DNA of 63,284 nt, the filler included, from Hyphochytrium catenoides (taxonomy: Eukaryota; Protista; Hyphochytriomycota): NCBI GenBank assembly GCA_900088475.1. It is 11 parts of 11 records of this genome, joined end to end, with 100 filler letters (N's around TTAATTAATTAA, not from the genome) between each part and the next. Parts side by side here need not be neighbours in the genome. Positions count along the whole stretch, not along the records: positions 1 to 15,023 come from FLMG01004342.1; 10 more parts are not named here. One strand, given 5' to 3'. Position 1 is the first letter of the stretch, and each line of letters opens with the position of its first letter. Both the position numbers and the translations under genes were made by a program. The notes beneath the pieces are model-generated. The model did no database searches, was not told where the DNA came from, and saw only the letters and a list, made by a program, of their open reading frames with translations. This document shows positions 1-11,689 of the stretch, in pieces.

Positions 1-149
1 GCGCTTAGGGTTTCGTGCCCGACTGACCAGCCTCTTAATGGCCGCAGCTAGCTCATTATAAGTGTTTAGGTCCGCCACCCGTTCGATATACGACGAAAGT
101 GCGTTTCGATCCGCCTCGTTAAGGTCCTCAATCAAAGCTCTGTCAGGGT

Positions 150-3100
150 TTGCCAGTCCACGGAAAGAATATCGGGGATCGCCACAAGCCTTTCTGTCGA
201 CAGTGCAAAGGCTATCACCTGATTGGTCGACATTTTCGTCCGCGTGAATCAAGAGAGGACTCGCCTGCTTCGCTAAGACACGATCGCGGGAGACAAGTGC
301 AGAATGTTCTCACCAGGGCCGGCGGCCATTACGGACCTGGGGACAAAGGTGGTGATCTCAGCCAAATCGAGTGCTTCAATTGTCGCAAGTTAGGACACAT
401 GCAAGCCCAATGCCCGCGCCAAAAGGGCGATGGTAAGAAGCAGAAGAAACAACGATACACCGACTGGCGCAAGAAGCGCGTCAGGTTTACAAAGTATCAC
501 GACGAGGATGGAAGCAGCGTGGATGGTTCTAAATCTAGCGACTTTGAAGACCAAGACGAGGGTGCGGCGAAGCGCAGACGTACCTGTAAGAAAACACACG
601 CTAAGAACGGACCGCAGCAAACGGCCACAGGGACTCTGGTCAGCGGAGAACGAGATGGGTTCAAAGTGCTCATTGAACTGACACCGCGGCTAATGTGTCA
701 CTAGTAAGCAGGAGATGGCTAGAAAGACAGCCAGCGGAATTGCAGAAGCAATGGCGCGGGGGTAGCGTAACCCTCTACGACGCGCAAGGCCAACCATCAA
801 TGAAGATAAGCGGTTCCCTTCTCGCCACACTATGTGTGGGCAAGCAAATACTGAGACATAGATTCCTCGTGCTGAAGGGCTTACAGCCAGATGTGCTCTT
901 GGGAACCGACGCATTTCAAGTAGTAGCTATGACGTTTATGCTAGGCAAAGGCGACAGTGAGCTAGGAACAACTGTACGACTCACAACCGCAGAAGCAAAG
1001 ACGCCTTCCTTCGATCAGCAGCTGGAAAGCAAAATCAGCCATCTCGCCGAAGAGAAAGAGAAGGAAGGATGGAGGACGGTACTCACCTCCTTTCGAGACG
1101 CCTTCTGGATAGAGGGAGACGAGCTAGGATTTTCAAAGAGAAGACCTTCGACGTACCATACGACACCAGCCTCCCGGCTGAGGGCCCTTGCCTGTTCGAC
1201 AAAGACTGAATGCAAAAATGAGAAGCCACGTCGAGGCGCACGTCAGAGAGATGGTCAGACTAAAGATCATTGAACCTACCACCGCACCAATGATGGTCTC
1301 CCCCTTTCTCCTGGTCGTCAAAGCTAACGGCAGCTACCGTGCCGTGACGGACTTTCGGAAGCCCAATTTGCGGTTCGGGAAATATCCCTATTTAATCCCT
1401 CACCAAAGCACGCTCTTAGAAGCACCACACGGTGCTACACGAATCACTACCCTGGATATGGCTCAAGGATTCCACCAAGTGGGCATCTCGCCGTCGCTAT
1501 CCCAAGTCTTCAGCTTTGCTACAGACAGTAGTGTATATGCATATACACTCTTGCCTATGGGAGCTAAAATTAGTCCCAACATCTTCCAAGAAGTCATGGA
1601 TTACGCGCTAGGAGACCTTCGATATCAGTTCGTGGTGGTTTACATCGACGATGTACTGTTGTACTCTAAAGCTGAAGAGGACCATCTTGGCCACGTCAAA
1701 GAAGTCTTGGAAAGAATCAGGGAGAATCAAGCTAAAGCTTGATCAGTGTCACTTCAACCTACCTCAGGTAGATTTTCTGGGGCACACCCTGAGTGTTAGA
1801 GGCATCACGCCATTACAAAGCAAGGTAGCTGCTATCGCTACGAGACCAAGGCCTACCAAGGTGAAGGAAGTTAGAAGCTTTCTCGGCATGATGAACTATT
1901 GTCGGGCCTTCATACCGCAGTTTGCCCAGAGAGCCAGGCCCTTAGTAGCTCTCACCAGGAAGAATGCTCGATTCGTTTGGACCAAGGCATGCGAGGATGC
2001 CTTTGAAGGATTAAAGAAATGTCTTACTACGGAGCCCGTGATGCTCGCCACCCCTGACTTCGATAAGCCATTCGTGCTCTATACCGACGGGTCAACAAGA
2101 GCAATCGGGGCGATACTGGCCCAAAGGGATGCGGAAGGAAATGAGAGAGTGGTGCAATACCTCTCTAAAGAGATCTCTTCCCCCAAATATCCTAAGGAGC
2201 CCCATTATTTCGAAGGCTATGCGATATACTGGGCTATAAGAAGCTAAGACCATACCTCCTTGGCACGAGGTTCACGGTCGTGACCGATCACAAGCCCCTG
2301 ACTGCGTTGAAGGCTACGAAAGAGCCTACAGGCCGCAAAGCGAAGTGGATTGCCTACCTCCTTGAGTACGATTTCGAGATTGTGTACCGTCCAGGGGAAA
2401 GACCACGCAAATGTGGATGGACTTACTCGTTACCCAGACGCTGGGCCTAGCGACAAGAGGAAGACTGTCAAGGCCACTATGACAGCTCACACTCCAACCG
2501 ACTTGCGAGCGTCGGTCGAGGAAGGACAACGGGAAGACCCCGAGGTCCGAGGTCTAATAGCCCTAGTGAGGGAGAGTCCCAAGTTTCAGAAGGAGTATAT
2601 TCTACGTGATGGTATCCTGTACCAAGCGAAGATGGTAGATGGCCACATCGTCCATAGATCGGTAGTGCCACAGAGCCTACGGCAGACAATCTTAGAAGCT
2701 AGTCACGATGACGTCCTAACGGGTTCACATATGGGGTCCAACCGCATGCACGACTTATTACCCTACGCTCTTATTGGCCTGCTATGCACAAAACCATCAT
2801 CGAATACGTGAGGAGATGTCGCACTTGTCAGCGTCACCCGCCGCAGTCTTTGGCAGAGGACAGAACCCGTCGCTTCGCGGTTTTCCCTACCGCACCTATG
2901 GTCGTGGTTGTTGTTGACGGACTGGTCCTTTCCTGATCAGCAAGAAAGGCAATCGTTACGTGATTGTTGTCTACTGTGCCTTCTCTGGTTGGGTTGAAGC
3001 CTTCCCATGCCAGTCTCTGGACTCTGCAGAAATAGCTACGCGACTCTACCGGGAATTCTTTTGTCGGTACCTTTGTCCACAGTACTTGGTGACAGATGGC

Positions 3101-3842
3101 GCTAATACTTCAACAGCGAACTCTTGAAGGAGCTTTACAAGCTACTACTTAAGATCCGCCATCATACTGGGTCACCTTATACGCATGGCTCGACTGCCAG
3201 TGTGGAGAGGTTTATCAGGACGCTTGAGGGTATGATAGCCAAGTATGTGAGCGAGGACCAGTCGGACTGGGACGAGAGATTAGAAGCTCACCCTGCAGCT
3301 TATCGCATCTTTATCAACGCGGATACCGGGTTTTCGCCCTACTACTTATGGCATGGTCGAGAACCGCAAACAAAGATGGATTTGCTCTTGCCAGGACTAG
3401 ACGGAGAGAAGAAGTTCCGTACTGCCTCAAGCTTCACGAGACATCTGTGTGGCCATTTCAGACGAGAGCTCCTGGAAGCACAGAAAAGAAAAGCTTTAGC
3501 AAGACAACATTCTTGGGCTAACTCTGTATCCTCTTCCATCCCCTACAGGCAGGTTGGGCGCCCCCACAACTCAAAGTTGGAGACAAGGTGTATCGCTACT
3601 ATCCGCGTGTACGGAAAGGGTTGAGCAAGAAGCTTTCGGCCAAGTGGGAAGGACCTTTGACGATCGTCGCACAGCGAGGCCCTCGTTCGTATGAGCTAGA
3701 AAAGGTACCAATGAATAAGAAGGGTCGACCTGTTAGGAAGAGAGTCTTTGCACACAGGCGCTACTTGAAGCTAGCTGTAGGAGGAGAAGACCATCAAGAC
3801 GAGGCCGGAGGTATCACTGCTGTGTCTTCTACTTTGCAGTGA
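150..3842 (+). pseudogene. Frameshifted gag-pol polyprotein
   Basis: Domains are split over ORFs 150-704, 695-1273, 1188-1742, 1651-2247, 2350-2811, 3124-3624 and 3588-3842 in shifting frames. Confidence 0.92.
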
Positions 3843-4085
3843 TGATCGAATTCTCTTGGAGGCGATGCTTGGAGTAGCACTTCTTTAACTGTCGTCAGCT
3901 TGGTTCTGCTACTTGTCTGTCTCCTAGTTCTTTGCTCTACCGAAGCGCTGACTGGTCAGTGAAGCTCATTGGTTTTTCCCTCTGGTGGATAAGATTGTTT
4001 TTCCATTGAGTTGAGACCCTGCGCTAAGGATCTTTCAGTTGGTCCTGTCTTAGTGAAGCTCTTCTAGAGCTTGAGGGGGAGGGCA

Positions 4086-4259
4086 TGTTACAGAGCTCAG
4101 AGGTACCAGGAACATTATCAGACGTGACCTCTGCCTCTGGTACTGTAGTTAGGCATAACTATAGGAATCCTAAGCCCTAGATAAATAATGTCAGTGACCA
4201 ATTTCCACCGGATACACAAGTCGATTCTGTGGTGCCCACTACGTTCCTCCACTGTAACA
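4086..4259 (+). repeat. Putative 174-bp 3' LTR preceded by a polypurine tract
   Basis: PPT GAGGGGGAGGG (4073-4083), then TGTTACAG (4086-4093) and its perfect reverse complement CTGTAACA (4252-4259). Confidence 0.8.
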
Positions 4260-5468
4260 CTCAGACACTTCCAAAAGAAGAAGCAGCTAGCAGAGCATCG
4301 TGGAGGACCGCCGCTGAGCGGACGCTGCTTGCCAATTTCTCCTTCTTCTTACTTCTTGCTGCTGCTCTTTCAGCAGCTTTGCTGCACCTTTCTGGAGCTC
4401 TGGTGAGATATTGAAGAGGAGGGTTGGTTCCCGCCGCCTTGGGACACTAAGCCGCTGCTATTATTATAGTTATAGCCTGCTACAGTCCGAGTAAACTGTC
4501 TGTTCCGCTCATCCATAATCTACAAAACAAAATAAACTTGCTGATATAAAGTATTGGTTACGCGACTCTATAGTTAATACCCTGCTACCGTAAAGTATGG
4601 GTTATCTGGGAACTTTCGCCCCCTGACATTTTCGCCTTTTTCTGGGAACAGCCACAGCGGAAATATCGAAGAGGATTTATTAGGGGGCGGGGGGGGAGGC
4701 GGCGGCGCAGCAGCAGGCGCAAACAGGCAGCAAGAGGCCTCTTCTCTTTCTAACTTGGGCCCAGTCATCTACGACGGTGACAAAGACGAAGCGGAGCACT
4801 GCTGCAACTGTAGTTCTACTACAAGTACAAGGACGATACAGTTTTACGCAGTCCAACGTTCTGCAGTACAATTTCACAGTATATTCCGCTTACATAAAGT
4901 TAAACGCAAGCTATTCCCGATCCGGTGGAATGTGTTCACGAAAATTCGTCTCCAGCACTCTTTGGAGGAGGGGATCCAGGTGTCGAACGAAGGGTCAGTC
5001 TGGGAGGGAGGCTCTTCCATTTCCTGGCACCTCCCTCTCCTTCTCCTTCTCCTTCCAAGGGAGGAGGGAGGAAGGAGGAGGAGAAGTACTAGACCATCAG
5101 CCCGAACATCAGAGGAGAACCTATGTACCTTCAGGACTCCAAACGCGGCCGTACACACTTCATTCTCCTATACATCTTCCCCTCCTTCCTCTTCCTTCTT
5201 TTACCTTTCTGCTGAACTGTCCTCGCCGTCGCCGCACCACAACCTGAACTCCTAATTAGCATCCTTGTAGTATGCCAGCCCTCTCTCATTCATAATCTGG
5301 AACGCTGAAGTAGGAAGACGGCGGCGTGTGCTCGACTCGTTCAATCTTTCATGCACCGGCTGTTAGTGTCTCTTAGGCCTCGGAAAGACGCTAACAGATG
5401 CGGGTCAACTTCTGAACAAGCCTCTTCACCCTGCCAACCCAACGCGAACGAGTTGGCAACCACTTGTC

Positions 5469-7000
5469 ATGGAACAAGATCCCTTGTCCCGTGTTGCTGC
5501 GTCGGAAATCGCGGATGCGAGCGGCTGCCTAATGTTTGAGGGTAAGGAGCATGTGGATCAGCCGAGGAATACACCGCCTCCATCCCTTAAAAGCACGGCT
5601 ACACAGACGACGGGAGAGTCAGGCTACGAGGAAGAGCCGCAAAATGGTACTGGTCCGCGCCAGCAGCCATTGAGTTACACCTATCGTGCCATTCCTTACC
5701 CTAAGGACATACCCGTCGGTTTTCATCCCGACAATGATGCCAACGAGTTGGTGGAGCCTTCCTCCTTTTCCCCTTCCACAGACCTCGACTTTCGGCCGCC
5801 AGATGAGATAGTAAATCTTAGGTTTCAGCGCATGTCCCTGGCTGATCGAGATTGGGATGACCCGCGATTTGAAGAAGAGCTCTCAACTTTCCTAAGGCCA
5901 GGGTTGGCCTTCACCTCGCCCTTTCGACTACTGTCAGGTGAAGGCTTAGATAGGCTGCGGCGAATCATCCTGCACCATAGCGCGAATAAATCGATAATCA
6001 ACAAGAAGACGAGCAGACAGGCTTGGTGCATCAGAGGACTAGGCTATGCCTCGCCATACATTCGGCAAGTACCGTAGCCATCAACTATTGTGACAAAGGG
6101 AAGAATACGTGACTAATGCGGTCGTTCCTCTCCGGTCTCTCCTATACCTTTCCCACTACGCACCTCTCCCACTACGTACCAAACAGGGATATGAATGAAA
6201 GCACCTTTATACGCGAGATCTGTAGCAAACTGTCCGGTGAAAAGCTGTGCCCCCACAGCTTAGTGACGAACTATTCGCATGTCAACATTGGGAACACAGG
6301 AGGGAATCGGCCCGTGGACCAGTGGCATCGCGATTCCGTTGACTATGTACTTGTCATCCTGGTTAGTGAGCCTGCAGGAATGCGTGGCGGTGAGCTGGAG
6401 GTAATTGCCAGGGAAGGGGAAAACGCGGAAAAAGTACTGGCGGAAGGAAGCACCGCAGCGGAGGATATTTTAAGAGTCGAGTTCCCCGCCGCCGGGTACG
6501 GGATATTAATGCAAGGTAGGACCTCGAAACTGTCTACAGTCACTGCACCACCGGCCAGATTCGAGCTGACCCACTGAACGCCAGGTTCAGAGATCTATCA
6601 TCAAGTGAAGCCCGTCCTCGAGGCGCAGTATGGACCTCGAATATCCGTTATTAACTCTTACATGTCCCGTGACGTATTCAAGGCAGACAGGACGCGGTAC
6701 GCTACTTTCAGGGATGGAGACCCTCACTTTGTTGCGCCACTAGAGTACGCACGCCACCGCGCTTGGCGTGTACAAGGACAGCTTGATTTTATTCTGAACG
6801 AGATCAAGTACGACCATCCTGACGGCAAAGAAAGGGAGGATAGGGGCAAGAAGCTCTCTCTGAGAGTGTTGGAGCAAGCCATACAGGAATTGGTCGAGAC
6901 CCACGCCTTGCTCTCAGAAACAAAAGAGGACGCGTTGGGTTATTTTGATTCGGCAATGAAGAGCTTCAGGAAGGATAAGGGAGGGGTGACACCTAAGTGA
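5469..7000 (+). CDS. 2-oxoglutarate/Fe(II)-dependent dioxygenase-fold protein, 3 exons (5469-6064, 6187-6515, 6585-7000)
   Basis: HVNIG..VDQWHRDSVDYVLVILVS..MRGGELEV..MQG|SEIYHQV..PRISVINSY gives an HxD...H triad plus a distal Arg. Both introns restore the reading frame. Confidence 0.85.
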
Positions 7001-7073
7001 TAGGATCGCTTAGGACTCGTTAGGTAGTGCTTTTCGTTATTCCTTAGGTCCAAGACTTTAGGCGGTCTCAGTT

Positions 7074-10057
7074 CTAGACATCAATGCTCAGAGGAAAGTT
7101 GGAGAGAGCACTTAGTTGTTGCTTTTTTTCTTGAGAGAGCCTATTTCCTTCCAATCTAAGCGCAATCAGCGATTGTCCTGGGCCACTATCCAGGTCTGGT
7201 GCCTGGCTCCTGTCTCTTTGGCACTGCGACAGCAAGGTGATCATTGGCTCCACGCCTTCATCATCAATGTTGTTATCGGCCGCAGAAAGCTCGGTCAGCC
7301 TTGAACTTGATGCCACGAGCTCTGCCAATCTGTGTGCTCCATAGTTGCAGATGTTATTGCCGCTGATGTTCAAGGCACGGAGGGCGGGATGTGCGCTCAA
7401 CGCTCGCAAGAGAGACTTTGCACCGTCGGGGTTGAGCTTGTTGTAAGCCACATCCAGCAGGGTCAGCCTTGTGTTGTTTCTCAGCGACTTATGTACCGCC
7501 ACTGCAGCCTCAGCAGTTATGCCGATCCTTTCTAAAGCTAGTGCCTCTAAAGCCGGCACGTCCCGAAGTAATTGATTCAACGACGAGAAGAAACCGTCTT
7601 CCCCGTCCGCCACTGTTGGTGCAAGTGAAGAGGCCAGAGATAGTTGATAAGTATTGTTCGCGGCCACAACGACGGGTGGACCATTTTCCTCGTGCCCGGA
7701 GAGATTCAAGCGTTTGATTATGCATTTATTGCCTACAAGTGCACCCACGAAAGCGGCGAAGCCGCCCTTCGAAAGGGAATGTCCTTCCAAATCGAGTTCC
7801 GTAAGGGCACAATGGGTCCTCACAGTCCTCCCGAACTCTTCAATTGCTTGTGCGTCATCCCGCACAGTATTGGCGCGTAAATTTAGGCTCCGTAGCGTGG
7901 AGTTGACGCGGAGCCCCTCAGCAATCCTTCCAAGGCCAACCGCAGAGATATGATTTCCTCGAACGTCCAATGCCGTGAGACTGGAATTTTTTGCTAGTAG
8001 CAGGCCAAGGTATCTAGCGCCGTCATCGTAGAGATCATCCCAAGAGAGCTGGAGGAACTCTAGACTCCGGCACTCAACCAGGTTCTCCACTATGTGCTGG
8101 AGAGAGAGACCCAGACGGCAGCTCTCGAGCTTCAGACCCTTCAATGTTCGAGTCTGTGCTAGCACACGGCCCAGAGCGTGTACCGCCTCCAGTCCAAGAG
8201 GAACCCCGCTTAGATTTAGTTCCGTGGCCCTCGTAAGTTCCAGTCTTGCTGCGAGGAAGACGATCTCAAACTGCTCCAGGTCTGGAGAAAGAGAGAGGTC
8301 GCAGCAACCTTCTTGGACACATGCGTCAATGCTCAGTCCGTTGAGTACCTTACAGCGCGCGTTGAACTTCATCAATGCAGTGATCACCACCCGGTCTACC
8401 TCCTCCAATGTCTCGTCTCTGAAATCCAGCTCCGTCACCTTTGGCTCCAAGCCTAGGCACTCTCGCACAGGAATCAGAAACTGACTCGATATACCAAGGA
8501 GACGGATCGATGTGTTAGATCCGAGAATGGCGGCCACTTCCTCTCCAAACCAACAATGGTCGACCTGTTGATTAGAGTGCAAGAGCACCTTTCTGCAAGT
8601 GGATTGGGCCTGACACACCCGGAGAAGTTTCAGTAGAGCAGTGGCGGAGAGATAGTTCTCCGAGATGTCAAAAGTCTGTAAATAGCGATTGCTCTCGATT
8701 AGGCCAATCAAGCAATTCATCTCCTCGTCTAACCAGTTCTGGCCTGACAGCTCCAGAAGTCGCATTGTTGAAAGCCGTCGCAAGTACAGAGTTCGCTCCG
8801 TTAACCCCAGAGAGAGCTGGAGGAGCTCTAGAGAGCCCTTGAGTCCAATAATCCCCCGATGATAGCATGCCTTCAACACTGAAGCCATAGCTTCCGCCTG
8901 TGAGGCTGTGACAGCTTGATTAGCCCGAGGCACATGTCCGGGTGAGACAGCTGAGTTGGGCACCACCCTGCTCGTACTTTGACGCCGGGTTGTTATGGGT
9001 GTCGGGGCTCTTTTTAACCAGACGCCTGAGCTCCTCCTGTGCGCCAGTCCACTAGCCCTTCGAGGGCCAGAACCTACTGCAGGAGGCAGGACAGAGTAGT
9101 TCTTAAGGTCAGCAGTCTGGGTGCCGTCAGCAAGAGTCTGATTGTCTATCTCGCTCTGCACTCCTGCATACTGTGGGGATTTTAGAGGCAATGGATCCTT
9201 CGCGATGAGGCCGAACGCGGAGCCTCGAAGCTCCCCTCCAGAACGGCTCTGGGAGCTGGTTCTATCTCTAGCATGAATTGATTCCTCAGTATTGAGGGCG
9301 AAGTCCAGCCAATGGATATGTGTCCTGATTGTGACTGAAGAATCCATGCTTCTGCAAAGTCCTCCTAGGGCGGCAAGCACCCCGTCCCAGCCCAGGGAGC
9401 AGCTTCGTGCTTTGAGAGCGGTGAGAGTGGGGCTGCGGGATAGGACAGAGGCAAGCCCTAGCCCGCCTTGGCTTCCCAGGGGGTTAGCAGACAGATCAAG
9501 ATGGATTATCCCGCCGGCGGTAACATCAACTAGATGCTCCAGACCGGTCGCGCTGATTGCGTTGCGAGCAAGATTCAGGTAGGTTAGGCTGGGGACTTGT
9601 CGTAAGGATTCGTGGATGATCTGAACTCCATCGTCCCCTAGGTTGTGGCCGCTGATGTCGAGTGAGGTCAGTGTCGGAGCAAGAGCCAGTGCCTTTAACA
9701 GGACGTGAATTGCCTCAGCCTTCAGTCTGGAACTTCCCTCGGCCGCAATATTTATAGCGCACAACCTAGCGGAGGTGCTGGCTATGAGATCAGCCAGCAG
9801 GGAGCACTTGGTGGAGCCAAGCTTCCTATACGTATGACGAGACAAGAGTTCAGAAGGTAAAGAGCGGCCCAGCCAGCAAGCAACCTAGGAGCACCTCACC
9901 AGTGTCTCAGGTCCATGGGGGCGTTGTTCTGGCTCAACATCTGTTCCAGCTGCTGCAGTCTCTGAGGTCCAATTACCATAGAGCCTCTGAGCCTCTGGCC
10001 CAAAGTCAGCCGCTTGGCCCTCGGAACCTCCAAAATCGCCGCAGATCCTTCTTCCAT
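7074..10057 (-). CDS. Large ribonuclease-inhibitor-type leucine-rich repeat protein (about 970 aa), 2 exons
   Basis: Many LxxLxLxxNxIxxxG repeats of about 28 aa in three blocks. ATG at 10057; a 74-nt GT-AG intron (9826-9899) joins the first exon in frame to the long ORF. Confidence 0.88.
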
Positions 10058-11689
10058 CCTTCTCTTGGCTGCTACTAGGTTTTAGCAGGGTCCAGCGCTC
10101 AAGACGACACCCTTGTTACACTTCCCTCTCCACGCGCAGCCGAAGCTAGCCAACGACAAAGAAGGCTGCGCATTTCTGAGACGTAGACATCGAGCTAAGC
10201 TGCAGCAGGTTATGGAAGGATCAGTGAAAGAGCCAGATCCTAGTGATGGTTCGGGACGACGTGTCGGCCAGATGCTGCAGCTGCTTGGATATCCTACCTC
10301 TACTTGTAGATGTTAAGAAAGCTGTGTTGGAAGTGATGGAAGCCGTAGTATTCGTCCACACTCGACACCTAAGAGTTCGTGACTAAGAGGATAAGATGAG
10401 TTGATGCGCGTGTTGAGGTACAGGGGGGAGAGAGAGAGACAGAGAGAGAGGGAGCAAGGAGGGAAAGAGAGGGTGAGGTAAAGGTAAGAGTATTATTAAG
10501 GGAAAGGGGGATGTATGAGAAGGCAGGAGAGAGGCGAGCCCGGTGCGAGATGGTTCGAGAGAAGCCAGAAAGAGAGAGGCGTTCCTATGCTATGCCCCAA
10601 GTTAAGAAAGAGGGCCCAGTGAAGGAGAAGGAAGAGAAGAGATGAGGGGAGACAGAACGTGCGAGGTGAGAGGAGGAAGAGAGGCGCGCATCCATCCGCT
10701 GTCTCCTCCCTCTCTCTCCTCGTCTCCATCCTTCATAATGAGAACACCCAGGAAAAGCCGTTACTCTCTCCGTCCGGTTATCATCTTTCAGTTATCACAG
10801 GTGGTGAAGTGGCGTTATTCAACTCCAGATTCTGGAGGATGATGGGGCAGGATTGTAGGGCAGGGGCCTGATAGATATGACTGTGTGAGAGACAGAGTCG
10901 ATCGAAGATGGTATGGAGTTATCGTAGTTACTAGAAGAACGTGCAAGACAGATGAAGTAAGAGAGGCCTTCTGAATCAGAGTCAGAGGAGAGGATGATGA
11001 AGAGAAACATGTACTTAAGCACAGCCGGGAAACGAGACAGATTCCGTTGCCCGAGAGAGGAGACTGGTAGAGGAATGTGGCACACTAGATGAGGGAAGTT
11101 AAAAATAAAATCAGGCTGCCCACCATGCGAGAACTGTCACGCTCTGCTCTCCTGCTCTTCCCCTCGCTCCCTTGGGATCAGAGAGGAAGGGCACCGTCCC
11201 TGGCGCAACAGAGCTGCCGCGCTCTGCTACACCTCGACCTCTTCTTCCCCTCGCCCCTTGGCCAAGCTCCCGAGCTTCAGCTCTCTACCACCTTCTTCCT
11301 CATCACCTTCACCCTCCTTTGTCCTGCTTCCCTATGTGCTCCTGGCTTCCCTCTGGCACCACTTCGTCAATGGGAAGCTGTGAAGCAGAGACAAGAAGCG
11401 CTCTGATTGTAATACACGGCTAGCACCATTGGCCGCTGTGATACATTCCTAACCCCGGTCCCGGGGAGCAATCAGCTATACTGGTTCGTTGGTGTAAGGG
11501 AGAAGCTATCCTCTATCTTCAATAACCTCGTAGTAGAGCCACACGACCTTTTGGGCAGCACAGATAAGACGCGGGAGCATGTCGTTGGCCCGCCCTGACT
11601 AAAGGGCAGACTGGTCTGAAGTAAGACCAAGGGTCCCTTGCCAAGCTGTGATCCTCCTTGCCTTTGAGCCAGGAGTGCAGCGCCGTGAA

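Larger units (their letters stand above)
150..4259 (+). mobile_element. Decayed Ty3/Gypsy LTR retrotransposon (gag-PR-RT-RNaseH-IN, PPT, 3' LTR); 5' end not in window
   Basis: Gag CCHC knuckle CFNCRKLGHMQAQC; protease D-T-A-A-N-V-S-L (680-703); RT LDMAQGFHQ and VVVYIDDVL; RNase H FVLYTDGS..IGAILAQ; integrase after RNase H (zinc-finger H/C residues, VTDG, VERFIRTL, KWEGPL). This is the Gypsy domain order. Several frameshifts and stops. Confidence 0.95.

Noticed and set aside
660-705. Programmed gag-pol ribosomal frameshift
   Set aside because: No slippery heptamer, the shift falls inside the protease active-site strand, and the element has many other frameshifts.
6320-6345. Oxygenase as a BesD/SyrB2-type halogenase
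   Set aside because: The metal motif is HRD with the Asp present, not HxG/A.
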